A stretch of DNA of 64,000 nt from Lama guanicoe (taxonomy: Eukaryota), in contig MU053881.1 of assembly GCA_013239625.1 (NCBI GenBank), positions 5,851,957-5,915,956 of the forward strand, written 5' to 3'. Below, one piece after another: positions 11,750 through 23,416 of this stretch. Within the stretch, counting starts at the first letter, position 1. Every line of letters begins with the position of its first letter. The position numbers were made by a program, and so were the translations under genes. The notes under the pieces are model-generated. The model made no database searches. It had not been told where the DNA came from and worked only from the letters and a program-made list of their open reading frames with translations.

Positions 11750-12420
11750 GCATGCTTAATACCCTCCAGTGACCCCGTCACATACTGGGAATAAGATTTA
11801 AAATCTTTGACAAGTCCTTGTCTTGATTATACAAAACTTACTTGGTCTGGCTCTGTTTACCTCTCTGACCCTATCTGGGACCATTCTCTTTTCCATCCAC
11901 GGGTTTCAACCACCCTGACCTTCTTCAGGTGTTTAGATTGTGCCAAGATCATTCTCATCCTAGGGTTTAAAAGAAAAAGAAATACATATATATGTATGTG
12001 TATATATATATATATTTCATTTATTTATTACTGTATAATTTAATTATTTTATTTTGGCAGGTGGGAGGAGGTAATTGGGTATATTTATTTTTAGAGGAGG
12101 TACTGGGGATTGAACGCAGGGCCTTCTGCATGCTAAGCATGTGCTCTGCCACTTGAGCTATGCCCTCCCCTTCCTAGGGTCTTTTCCCAGCTGTTTGGCT
12201 GTTATGGAGGCTCTTCTTCCTGAACATCAGAAGGGTGGCTCTTTCTTGTGGCTCCAGAGAGACCTTTCCTGACCACCCAGCATAAAGCAGACCCTTCATC
12301 ATTTTCCACTACATCATCCTATTTAAATTCTCCGCACAGCGCTATCTGATGACTTTGTTGCTTATTGATTTATTTATTGTCTCTCTACACTCATTAAATT
12401 ATCAACATTATAAGAGCAGA
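11750..12420 (+). mobile_element. L2 LINE 3' region, interrupted by a SINE
   Basis: ACCCTCCAGTG...CCAGAGAGACCTTTCCTGACCACC...TTTATTTATTGTCTCTC. Confidence 0.7.
11967..12170 (-). mobile_element. tRNA-derived SINE, camelid vic-1-like
   Basis: Minus strand reads GGGGAGGGCATAGCTCAAGTGGCAGAGCACATGCTTAGCATGCAGAAGGCCCTGCGTTCAATCCCCAGTACCTCC with Pol III A/B boxes and AT-rich tail; TSD TCCTAGGGT at 11958-11966 and 12172-12180. Confidence 0.85.
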
Positions 12421-12423
12421 CAT

Positions 12424-12930
12424 TGTCTTAGCTTTGGTTCTCCTGAAAGCAGAGACTGACCGAAGGATTCAGGTGCAGGTGCCTGATTTTGGAGGAGGCA
12501 GGAGTGAGGGAGCAGGGAGAGTGGGAGATGGAAGGAGGAAAAGTCAACTGAGGGGGCGCTGTCAGGGTGGCCGCTGAGGCAGCGGGAGCTCGGTTCTCCC
12601 AGGACCTCTGAGAACTGTGCAGAAATCTCCCAGACCCATCTACACGCAGGACAGGAGGCTGCAGGATTTATCCACTGGCTTTGTTTCCCATGGGTTGAGG
12701 GCAGCCCCCAGGAGTGTTAAACCCCACACTGCCGGGCTGCATTTGCATACGGTCCAAATAGGCCTTCTGGATGTCAGAAAGTGTCGGGGACAGGAAGGAG
12801 GAGGTCACGCAGCGCACCTGTTGGGTAGGATGCTGCCAGCCTGAGGCCGGTCTGAGCCTGTGTGGAAATGTCTGCTGCGACGGGGGCTGAAATAAGATGG
12901 GGAGACCCGGGAGGACGTGCTGAGGGACCA
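12424..12930. mobile_element. Ancient ERVL-type solo LTR (LTR33/LTR41-like)
   Basis: TGTCTTAGCTTTGGTTCTCCTGAAAGCAGAGACTGA..GGATTCAGGTGCAGGT terminus typical of this LTR class. Confidence 0.55.
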
Positions 12931-15114
12931 CGCTCCTACTGCTCTCTGCTGGGTCCTCAGTGCTTGTAAGAGCTCAGCCATCTGTGCTGAATGCGCGAAC
13001 GGGCTCTCTCATAAGCCGTGGAGACAGACCATTGGTGTTTAAAGTCTGTGCTTTTAGCTGCCAGGCCACATGGTGTACAATCTTTACCCTTCATAGCCGC
13101 TCCGATTTGAGCAGAGGGAGGAGAGACCCTGAGACACGTAAAAAAGTGAAGGGGAGGCTGTGACAAATTCTCAACTGGGAGTTGGGGGAGAAGGAGATGC
13201 ATTGAGCCTGAGTGAGGAGATAGAAGCGAATCTGGGAATCAGAAGATCAGCTGCCACTTTACTGAGCACCGTCCGTTTCTTTGACCAACCACTGCTCTAA
13301 TTTTTACAGCTCTGGAAGAAAAGCATTTTATTCAGAGTCTAACTGAGGCACCGATTGTTAAAGATGATCCCCCTTGACTGCAGCATTTGCAGGGATCTCA
13401 GCCTAGGTGTCTCTGGCTTTGAGGCTGAGGTGGTCTCCCTGAGACAGAGTAGAGCTTGAAGGAGGGCTGTGTGTGACCCTGACGCATCATCTGGTCCAGC
13501 TCTGAAATCCAGCTCCCGTGGACCAGCCCCCAAGGTGGGCAGGTTAGGTGGGGTCAGACTGGCTTTCCCCCTTCTTGTGTTGGGGATTCCATGATCCTTA
13601 CTGGAATGCCCGGTCTGCACTTGGAAGAGGAGGCAAACTGGGACAAGGACACCATCCGTTACAAGTTCAAGCAGAAGGGGCAGGAGTCCACACTACTGAG
13701 CCCCAGACTGGCTCGTGAGGGAGGAAGAGAGGGGGCCGTTTCTCCTCCTTGCTCTGCCCCCCTCGACCACAGCGGCTGGTGTGGGCTCAGATAAGCATAT
13801 GCACTCTGGGAAGTCACTTCCGACTGGATCGAGCCCCTGCACCGTCTGAGGTCCACCCATCACTAATTTTCATATGAGTTACATTAAAGAGTCTGATGGG
13901 AAAGTATGTCTTGGTTTAAAAATAGAATAATACAACAGTAAATCAAGGAGAAAAGGCAAACTGAAAAAAAAATGCAGAAAACAGATGAAAAGAAAAGGGA
14001 AAAAGTGAACAGTATAAAAATACCCTCCATGCCAGGCACTTCAAATGTGATTTCCTGTGGCCTGCACTTTGAAAAAGCCTGCTGTTACGCCGTGTGCCGC
14101 ATCTGAAGGCCAGCGGAGCAGACACAAAGGCGTGTTGAGACTTGGAGGCAAGGGCGACATCTGACCTGCTGGAGCTCCAGACGCGTCCACCGAGGACACG
14201 TCAGAGGATTTTCCGTTTGGTGGAACTGGGCCCTGTGGGCCTGCTCCACCCACCCTGTGCCCACCCGGCTCTGACACACTTCCTGTTATGGGCGGCGGGG
14301 CACACAGTGGGGCCACTGGTAGAGGCCAGGGCTCTGGCTTCCCTGTGGGCTGGGGCAGACGACTTCAAAAGCTACGTCTGGCTTGCAGAGAAATGATTTA
14401 AAAGTGAACTTGGGTGGCTCCCAATACGACCTACTTCAAGTAAGTAGAAAGAAAACATACATTATCTCATGTTAAGGAGTAGACTTCTTTTAAGGCATTG
14501 CCAACTATTTATGAAATTCTAACTTATTGCTAAGAAAAGTGCCCCCTCCAACAATCCTCGCAACCGCTGGCAAAGACCAGAAGGACATAAACATGATGTC
14601 GGGGTGCCAATTCCAGATTGGCCAGGATTGCATGACAAATTTGTAATTCTAATCAACCAGAATCTCAGAGGTATGCCCCAGGAATATACTGTCTGCATCA
14701 GAGATGCACTTGTCTGAGGTTAAATTATTGCCAAGGAGAAGCAAAATAAACATCTTTTCCGAAGGGCTGATTTGGGAGGGGTGAGAGGTGGTGCTATATG
14801 AGTGGAAAAAATAACATTTCAGTAACACGGGAGGAAAAAAAGAACAAATCAAGACATGACTGATGCAGCCTGTGAAATTGTCCAGTTGAGACTTTTTTTT
14901 TGGTGCTGAGGGGTTCGCTGTGCATCATGGGATGTGGAAGGCTTGATGGGGTGGAGGGTGGGTGTGGACAGAAAGGAGCTCAGAGCCCTATGAGCACCTG
15001 ACCCAGATGGGCTTGAACCTGAGCAGTGTCCCAAGATGGGCTCGGATCATATTTATAAACCGCTAAAATATGTCTGGTTTGCCAGGCAAGAAATTGGCAG
15101 CAGACAGACTCTAA

Positions 15115-15160
15115 ACATGTGTGTGTGTGTGTGTGTGTGCATGTGCACACACACGTGTGT
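15115..15160. repeat. 46-bp alternating purine-pyrimidine tract (GT/CA) with internal inverted repeat
   Basis: ACATGT(GT)9GCATGTGCACACACACGTGTGT. Confidence 0.9.
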
Positions 15161-15869
15161 CCTGGCCGTTAGCTTGAGGCCAGCTGCACTTGGTTAGTAA
15201 TCTCCAGCATGCCCACAAACACGCACGTGACTGAGGGGATCGCATGCTGTTAAGAAAAATGTGATTTGTTAACACCACGCTGTGGATCCTGGCTACTTTC
15301 GCCGTCCCCCTGTGCCTTGGGAATGGTGTCCTGGGAGGGGTGCTGTGTCCTGTTGAGTCTGGACTTGAGAAGTCAGGAAAGGGGTGTGGGGGGAGAAATG
15401 TGTTTAGGGCTCTGCCCCTTTCCTCACTGCATGGATTCCACCCACATGGCCCACAGTCCCAGTTTCAGAAACTCCCAGTTGCAAGTCCTGCCTATACCTC
15501 TGAAGAGAAGAAAGGAAGGCACCGACCGTTGAACCTGAACAATTCTTTTAAGCTCTGGGAACCATACAGTCATTACTTCTGTTCCTTTCTCAAAGACAAG
15601 ATTATTAATGAACGTCAAAACTACAGCGGAGGTATCTGTTGTACATGCTTGAGGCACTGTCATTATGAGTGTTTGTTATTCGTATTAAAGGAAGCAAACC
15701 CCCCCCATCCCAAATTGTCCTCTGAGTTGGTCCTGTCCTGATACCTGTAATTCTGACGTTTATCATTGCCTTGGATTAGGCATGAAAAGTTCATGTTCAA
15801 ATCCAAATTCAACCAGAGGGGATGTATTAAGGCATGTCGTTTGTAGCTGCTCATCCTGGATGGCTCTAA

Positions 15870-16012
15870 GGCGGGATTCTTAAGCTTTTGGAGTCACGGA
15901 ACGCTGATGTGCACATTTACATAATCACATGAAATTTATTTATAATTCCATGGTGTGAAGGGATCCACTGAGATGGGATCCGGGGACCTCACAGTAAGAT
16001 CCTTTTGCTCTA
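15870..16012. mobile_element. Short hAT-type DNA transposon fossil
   Basis: GGGATTCTTAAGCTTTTGGAGTCACGGA...GGACCTCACAGTAAGATCC; related to 48165-48380. Confidence 0.5.
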
Positions 16013-16099
16013 CAAGTTGGGAATATAGACTATATACACTTTGAAGAGCGTCAGGAAAGGTCAAGGACGATGCATACAGCCTTAGGGGGCAGATGAATG

Positions 16100-16190
16100 C
16101 TATGCTGAGGCACAAAGAGGTGAAGTGGCTGTCTCAAGGTTACAGAGCCAGTGAATGCTAGAGCTAGAACCAGGACTCAGGGCTACTGGA
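16100..16190 (-). mobile_element. MIR fragment
   Basis: CTGAGGCACAAAGAGGTGAAGTGGCTGTCTCAAGGTTACAGAGC. Confidence 0.75.
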
Positions 16191-16199
16191 CCCATTGTC

Positions 16200-16450
16200 C
16201 ATGGAGTTGGGAAGCCAGGGTTCAGGACACCACTCTGCCACTTACTTCTGTGTGACCTTGAAAAAGTCATTTAACCTTCCTAACCTTTAGCTTCTTCATC
16301 TACACCCAAGATATAACCACAAACACAGGTTCACGCATCTGTCAATGGAGAAACTAATGTCTGCCTTAAATACGCCATATGACTTTGACTGTTGGTTATT
16401 GTATGTGAAGCATTTCATAAACTAGAAAGTTCCATACAAGTTGATAGCTA
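16200..16450 (+). mobile_element. MIR SINE
   Basis: CTCTGCCACTTACTTCTGTGTGACCTTGAAAAAGTCATTTAACCT. Confidence 0.8.
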
Positions 16451-16799
16451 TTTTTGCTTTTGCTGCTAAAAGACAGGGAATGTAAGCATGTGACTTTTGC
16501 TATGGAAACCAATACTTTTTAAAGTGAAATATCAGGACCTTTTGATCTGAAGGGTTCTAATTCAAACTTGGATAAAGTACAAGGGGAAACTGTGGTGTGA
16601 GTTCTGCCACAGATGCTGGGATGTTAATGGCTGGAGTGGGCGGTGAAGGCCTCTAAGTGTGTTCGTGAAGAATCTTTCTATGGAGGGTGATAGAAATCCA
16701 CCTCAATATGGTTTAAACAAAAAAGGAAATTTATTGGCTCACATAATGGTTTCTTTTTTTTTTTTAACTTTTGTTTTTGTCCTATGATCTTGTCTATTG

Positions 16800-17750
16800 C
16801 CATACCTAGTGATTTTTGATTGAATGTCGGACATTGTGCTTAAAAGGTTGTAAGTCTCCAGGTGATGTTACCTTCCTTCAGAGAAGGTTCATTCACCTTT
16901 TCCTATATTAGGCAGATAGTGTGGGGACTAATCACCTTGACCTAAGCAAACTGAGCTGAGTTGAGGCTGGGTTGCAGTTTTGATAAGACTCCATTTAACT
17001 CTGGTTTCCTCCTGCGCACAAAGCACAGTCCTCCGGGATCTGCAGTTGAGAGACGGGTATGTTCACTGGGACCCCTCCCCCAGGCCAGGCCTGAATTCCA
17101 GTCCTTGTCTCCTCAGCCCTGTGAGATTGCTGAAAACTCCACTCTGGTTTTCAAAGGCCTTCTGTTTAGCTTCAGAATTTGGCAGATATCTTGAGGGGAA
17201 AATTAGTGCCAGGCTCACATCTCTGTCCCTTCCTTCTCATAGTAATCTTGGCTTCTTCTGTCTCCAAGCTTGTCTCTCCAGACCTGTGAGACTTACAAAA
17301 GCTCCATCAGTTTCTCTGTCCCCTAGTAGGGAGCCCTGCTCAAGGAAGGTCTGCATTCTCACCTCCTTTCCCTGCACCCTGAATCAACAAATGCCCCCAA
17401 GGAAAAAGTGGCTCCAGAATCCAACTCACCACTTGGCAATTCCTACTCTTTGAATCTTGTCCCCTCTAGTTCTGCTTGGTTTTTCATTTCTCTTTGCCTG
17501 TGGAAAACCTGATTTATAACCAGTGCCCACGCTTGTAAGTATCCCCAGATAAGAAACTGACAGGCCTCCTTGATCACTGAGGAAGGGCTCTTCCTGAATG
17601 AGAACTTAGCTCATCCAGTCCTCTTTGCATTCACAGTTCTACGATGTCCCTAAGATATGATTTGTGTAAGTTATCCATTTGCTGGTGGCTGTTGCAGTAG
17701 AAATTGTAGCTTCCCTCTACTTACTATGTCCTGCCAAAGAGAACTGAGAC
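16800..17750 (-). mobile_element. Probable ancient L1M/HAL1-type 5' region fragment
   Basis: GTGATTTTTGATTGAATGTCGGACATTGTG...CTTCCTTCAGAGA resembles old L1 5' regions; family and strand uncertain. Confidence 0.4.
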
Positions 17751-17808
17751 ACCTTACTTTCCAACGGGTTATGGGTGTTGTTGGGGAGGTAACATTTTAG
17801 TTGAGGTC

Positions 17809-18625
17809 TATGATATTATGATTTATAATAAGAAATGGATATTTAGCCTTTGACCACATGCTTGGCACAGTGCTCATAAAACCCTTCGAAAATTTGCTAA
17901 GCGATGAGAACAACAAAGATATCTTTAGTCATGTTAATGAGGTGACTTTTAGAATGCCCCTGGGTCTTCTAAGGATGGGCGCTGGCCACCAGAGGAACCA
18001 CCCGTGTGATTAAAGGGTTGGGACTTTCAGTTGCAGCCCCCAGTCTCCAGGAAGAGGGCTAGAGATTGAGTTCAATTGCCAGTAGCCGATGATTTAATCA
18101 ATCGTGCCTATGTAATGAAGCCTCCATAAAATCCCAGAAGGACAGGGTTTGGAGAGCTCCTGGGCTGGTGAACATGTGGAGGTGTGGGTGAGTGGGGGCG
18201 GGGCATAGGAGAGGGCATAGAATCTCCACGTTCCTTCTGCACACCTTGCCCTGTGCCTCTCTCTTCCATCTGGCTCTTCCTAAGTTTTATCCATTTATGG
18301 TAAGTCAGTAATCCGGTTAAGTAAGCAGTATTTCTCTGTGAGCTGTTCTAGAAAAATGAATCAAACTCAGGGAGGTGGTCATGGGAGCCTCTGATTTATA
18401 GTGAGTCAGAAGCACAGGTAACCGCCTGGACTTGTGATTGACATCTGAAGTGTGTGTCGTGGTTGTATGTGTGTGTGAGGGGGCAGTTTTATAGGACTGA
18501 GGTTAAGGAACTGGTAGGGTACTGTCAGAATTGAGTTGAATGGTACGACACCTAGCTGGGGTTGGAGAATTGTTTGATGGTGTGGGAAACCCCCTCACAC
18601 GCAGGACTTGGTAACTGGCATCCTC
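17809..18625 (+). mobile_element. MER21-type ERVL solo LTR
   Basis: GATTTAATCAATCGTGCCTATGTAATGAAGCCTCCATAAAA...GTCAGAATTGAGTTG; collinear with 49196-50005. Confidence 0.85.
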
Positions 18626-18639
18626 AGGTCCAAAAGATA

Positions 18640-18990
18640 AGTATGAGGCAGTCATATGATGAGCGAGGGAGAGGAGCATTTAAGAAAGAGACTAGTGTGC
18701 AGGACAGAGCTGGTCCCATGTTGGGAGCTGAGGGCAGGTCAGCGTGCTGACGCACAGTCAGGGAAGGAGGTGGAGAGAGATGAGAAGGAGGCTGGGGCCA
18801 TCCAACGCGGGCTCAGGGTAAGGAGTTTGGCTTCCATACAACATGGATTAGGGAGGTTTTGGAGGTTTTAAACAGGAGTGTTGCAGGATTGGACTTACGT
18901 TGGAGGAAGATTGCCGCGGCTGCTCGGGAAGCAGGAATTGGAGGGATCAGAGCGAGAGCAGGGAGGCCAGTTAGGAGTCCGCTGCCCTCG
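18640..18990 (-). mobile_element. L2 LINE fragment
   Basis: GGTAAGGAGTTTGGCTT...GGTTTTAAACAGGAG...GCAGGGAGGCCAGTTAGGAG. Confidence 0.8.
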
Positions 18991-19879
18991 CTAGCGGAGA
19001 GGCGCCGGAAGCCTTGACGAAAGGCTCTCCCTCCCTTTCTTCTCCCATTTTATCCAGCGCTGTAATTCAGCCGCCATCACCTCTCTTATCCCCAATAGGT
19101 TCAACACCTTTCTTTTCTCTTTCTCCCCAGTCTACACACATAATCAAGTCTGTTGTATTACAAAATCATCTTTGTTTCACTGTCCTTTTCCAGGGACCAT
19201 CCAATCCCCTTCTGCTTCTTGTACAAAATTTCAAAAGAGAAATTGACAACTGTTGTCTGACATCTGCTCGTTCCATTTCCTGCTCAGGTCTCTGTTCTCT
19301 CCCACCACTCCACGACGAAGCACCCAGTGACTTCCTCCTGCCCCACCGAACGCACCTCATCTTTCTCTCTCCTCATCTCCTGCCGCAAACAGCTTGCCTA
19401 CTGCTGGCCCTACTGTCGGGCTTGATGTGTGGAACTAGCCGGTGTCAAGTTCATCTTTTTCACATAAATGACTGACTGCTGATTTCCAGACGTAAGACCA
19501 ACCATGTACATGGGGATTTATCATCTCCTGGGACCACAGAGAATAACCAGTAGACCCATACATCTTTATCTTCCGTCTTTCAGTATCAGGGAACGGTATC
19601 TCTCTCTTCTTATTTAAATTAACTCCTCTGTCTGTGTGAGCTATTCATTAATTAACTCATTGACTTAGCCCACAGATACTTCTCGAGGGTTCCTCTTGTG
19701 TCAAGGACCATTCATAATTAGTGCAATCACTATACTCTGTCTCCTTCAGAGTCTAGCCCCGTGCCTTGTACACAGTTAAGGCACTGCGTTTACAGACTTG
19801 GACTGATTTGCTCTGGGAGGTGCTAGGTCCATTCTCCATGTTCTAGATCTCTATAAAATTAAAGCCAGGCATATTTTTA

Positions 19880-20060
19880 AAAACTTTTCATTTAGGTATA
19901 TTATATACAGGAAAGTCCTGATGCCTTTTCATGTATATATGCTGGGAAACCACCACCCAGGTCAAGATGTAGAACTCACCCCACACCCTCGCTGGCCCCC
20001 TCATGCCCGCCCCCTCCCGCATTTTTGAGTGTACACACATGAATGGGAAGACTTTATATT
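19880..20060 (-). mobile_element. Old L1 3'-end fragment
   Basis: AACCACCACCCAGGTCAAGATGTAGAAC motif of antisense L1M 3' ends. Confidence 0.55.
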
Positions 20061-20554
20061 TGCATTGTATGTTTTCTTTTATCCTACAACAAAAAGAAAA
20101 ATAAAAGAAGTAGATGCTCAAGGAAGTTGAAGCCCAAAGCTCAGGGCTTTTAATACCAACTGGTTGACTGACTATTCAGGGTTAGGAATCTTTTACTGGA
20201 CCGAATATTTGTGACCCAACAAAGTCTGCTGTAAAGTGCATGTCTGTCAAAAATAATCTTTTCCCGTCAACTCCTATTATAAAATTGGAAACATTCCCTT
20301 TTGGGGGAACAAATGTTGGCCTCTGGCTGTAGGCTTCCACTTAAAAAACCAATTCCGTAATAAAACTTCACCAATAATCCTCAAAATGTTAACGGGACTC
20401 ACAAAACAGAAGAGTTCTCTTCAGCATTCTGAATAAATCGGAAAATCAAAGCACTGCAAGTGGAATGTAATGAAGGCTGTCTGGTAATGTGACGGCCTCG
20501 CATCATGACCCTCTTGCAGCTGAGTAACCCCCTCAGCTAAGAATCCTGGGGGCT

Positions 20555-20695
20555 TGGCTCTCAGTACCAGCAGTGTGACTTAAGGCAGTTAGCTTTTGTG
20601 AACCTTAATTAATTCATCACCAACAGTAAGATAAAAATATATAAGCCCTCTCTATCCCACAAGGCTTTTGAGAGGACTAAAAGAGCTAGTAAAAC
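20555..20695 (+). mobile_element. MIR SINE (degraded)
   Basis: GTGTGACTTAAGGCAGTTA...TTTTGAGAGGACTAAAAGAG. Confidence 0.55.
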
Positions 20696-21269
20696 AAAAA
20701 ACTGGTTCTGTTTGGTTTTTTTGTTTGTTTAAGTACTTATCCACTGAGATGATCACTATTAAGAATTTCCCATATACTTGGTACTGTGTTAAGGCATAAA
20801 GTGATGAACAAGATGATTGTATTTTCTGCTCTGTGGTCTTATGGTCAACTGTAGAACAGAGATACTAAACAATACCTTAGAAGCTCCCTGTGCAATGTGA
20901 TGGAGAATGGTACCCAGTCAATTCTGAAAAAGCTTGGTTATCATAAGAAGTTATAAAAATGAATCTATATGCCATCAACATTTTGTTTTAACCAGAAATA
21001 TATACTTATGTGCTCATTCACCAATATTTTGATGTTGGAAAGAGTCTGTTCTTGAGATCCAAGTTTACAGAGTAGAGTTCTCAATTTTTTTTTCATAACC
21101 TATTTTATTTCACGAGAAGCAAGATATTATAAATTAATACAAATGTATAATCTTTCCAGGATTTTATAGCCATTGTTCCAATTGTTTGGAAGTTTTCTCT
21201 CACCTCCATCCAATTCAGCAAACAGCTCAAGTTGTGAGCTGGAGTTCACAGGCGTGGTAAAAAGTGGCT

Positions 21270-21900
21270 GTATGGGACATGATGCATTTGGCAGCAAGTA
21301 ACAGAGTGTCTGACTAAAACTAGCTTTTAGGTCTTGCTTTCAATAATCCTTCAATATGTAGTAAAAATGCATTTTTTCATTGTCATCAGTGTACACACAC
21401 ATACACATGCATAAGTTAGGAACTGAAGGCACATTTTCACATTTTACCTTTACTTTGTGATGCTTTTTAATCTCTTCTACTCTAGTCTACTCTTTTCTAT
21501 CCCATTAAAAGAAAATGCTGGTCATGACCCACTAAAATAATCTTATGCCTTAGTAAGGGCTACAACCCGCACTGTGAAAACCACTGGCTTAAACAATAAA
21601 AACATTTATTCGTTCACATGGGAAGGAGTTCAGAGTCAGGGGAGCCCCTGAGCTGCTGCAGTGGCCCAGCAGTGTTCTCCAGTCACAGGTATTTTCCAGA
21701 GGTTTCTTTCTCAGAGGATTTGGAACATCTCCACTTGTAGTGCAGAATGGCTCCCACATTCGGCAGGAATTCCGTGCAGACACAAGGGCACCCAGCAGAG
21801 AAGAGCCCCTGGCTGACTTCTGCTCTGCTTCCATTGGCCTGGGTCAGTCACATGCCTGTGCCCCAGCTGCAAAGGGGGCTAGCAAAACTGGTGTCCATCT
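21270..21900 (-). mobile_element. Old MaLR LTR (MLT1K/L-type), split by a DNA transposon
   Basis: GGCAGCAAGTAACAGA..GACTAAAAC / GGCTTAAACAATAAAAACATTTATT...CATTGGCC..GTCACATGCC..CAGCTGCAAAGG. Confidence 0.6.
21335..21588. mobile_element. hAT-Charlie-type fossil nested in the LTR
   Basis: GGTCATGACCCACTAAA...ACAACCCGCACTGTGAAAACCACTG terminal motif. Confidence 0.55.
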
Positions 21901-22149
21901 CTATAAAGGCACGTGGGCCCTGCCAGAAAGGACAAAGGGAAGGAGAATGAGTCTCGGGAAGGCAGCCCAAAGTGAAGAGCACTGTGGCCTGACAGCCTGC
22001 TCCAGACATCGCTGTGTTTCTTACAGAGGGTGGGGTTGGAGAGCATCTCTTCATCTAGGTAACCAGTTAAGCAGAGGCTGCTTGATAGAATTACATCAAA
22101 GGCTATGAAAAAAGATGACAGATGTAACTGATTCACACGGCAGGGCGTG

Positions 22150-22325
22150 TACCTGGGCCAGGGGATTGAGGCAGCCTCCCTGGGGAAGTGATTGTGAAGC
22201 CAGATTGCAGTGATGTTCTAGTATGGGGAGATGGGCCATGGGTTGGGTGGTGGGAAGGGTGTTCCAGGCCAAGGGAACAGCTTATGAGAAGGCTAAGAGG
22301 AAGGAGGGATCATGGCTGAGGTGGC
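22150..22325 (-). mobile_element. L2 fragment
   Basis: GGGAAGGGTGTTCCAGGCCAAGGGAACAGC. Confidence 0.7.
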
Positions 22326-23205
22326 TTGTCTCTTCTACTAGCTGTCCACCTGCTGGGGCTCAGCCCTACGCCAGACACTGAGGGTTCGGAGAGGGGAGGG
22401 GACCTCTTGACCTTGGGAAAGTCACTGTCCATACCTAGAAACCAACAGGAAATATACCTTCAAAATGCTACGATCCTTTCTAACCATGGGGATAAAGGAA
22501 GCTTTCTGGGCAGCAGCTCATAGGCAGGGCCTGGGTGTGTAGGATCCTCCGTGGGAGAGCCCAGCGTGGGCAAAGGGATGGGGGCAGGAAAGCAGGGCCA
22601 GGGGTTGGGCACTTGGCTGGAGTGCCACCACCCGCAGGGTGTTGAAGCCAGGTGGGGGGTGGGGTCAGGCCATTTTTGTCCCAGCTCCTTCCACTGAACT
22701 CCAGTCATCTGCGGCTCCAACCTTGGCTAACCTTCCCAGCAGCGAGCGTGTCACTGGGCCCCAGATGACAGGAGTGACTTGGACCTTGTTGCTCTTTTTA
22801 GCCTGTTTTTCCCTCCAGAGTGGAGTGACTCCCGGGGAGAGGCCCCTGCCTGTCTCTCCCTCTTGGCACCAGTGAAGGCACCTCTCCAGTCTCTTTGGAG
22901 AAAGACCAGTCTCTGAATGGTCAGAGGGTCGCTGGGCCATGTGTCTCTCTGGATCTGCCTGGAGGGCTGCCAACGCACTGTGAGGCCTGCCAGGGAGCCC
23001 TCTGGAGCTGAGGCTGTGGGGCTGGGGGCTGGGGGCTGGGTGCTGGGGCACCTGTGGTCCTGTCCTGAGGCAGTGCCCAGGCCTGAAAGTCATGGCTGAA
23101 AGCACAGGCAGGACACTCAGGCACGGAGGTCGAAGAAGAACGAAGCTGTGGTGGGGCAAGTCTTTGTGGTGGTCCCTGGGGGGCTTAGAAGTGTCACCTT
23201 AAAGC

Positions 23206-23416
23206 CAAGTCTCTCAACCTGGGCACCACTGGCATTTTGGGTGGGGGAATTGCGGAGGGCTGTCCTGTGCCTTGCGGGATGGTTAGCAGCATCTCTGGCC
23301 TCTACCTATTAGATGTCTGTAGCATCCCCCTGCCCTGCATGTGACAACCGAAAGAGTCTTCAGACTTTGCCAAGTGTCGCCTGGGGATTACAGCTGCCTT
23401 AGATTGAGAACTAAAG
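23206..23416 (-). mobile_element. MER20 (hAT-Charlie)
   Basis: TCTCAACCT..GGCTGTCCTGTGC..TTAGCAGCATCTCTGGCCTCTACC..GTGACAACC..TTGAGAAC. Confidence 0.9.

Noticed and set aside
12095..12170. tRNA gene
   Set aside because: The tRNA-like head is followed by a SINE body, AT-rich tail and TSD, so it is a SINE.
13591..13794. Coding-looking stretch NWDKDTIRYKFKQKG
   Set aside because: No convincing flanking splice sites and no recognisable protein.
23000..23050. Immunoglobulin switch-like GAGCT/GGGCT repeats
   Set aside because: Only about 50 bp; real switch regions span kilobases next to constant-region exons.
23295..23325. MER20-borne CTCF site (also at about 62390)
   Set aside because: The CCACTAGATGCCAG-like core is degraded in both copies (CTATTAGATGTCTG and CCATTAAATGCCAG).
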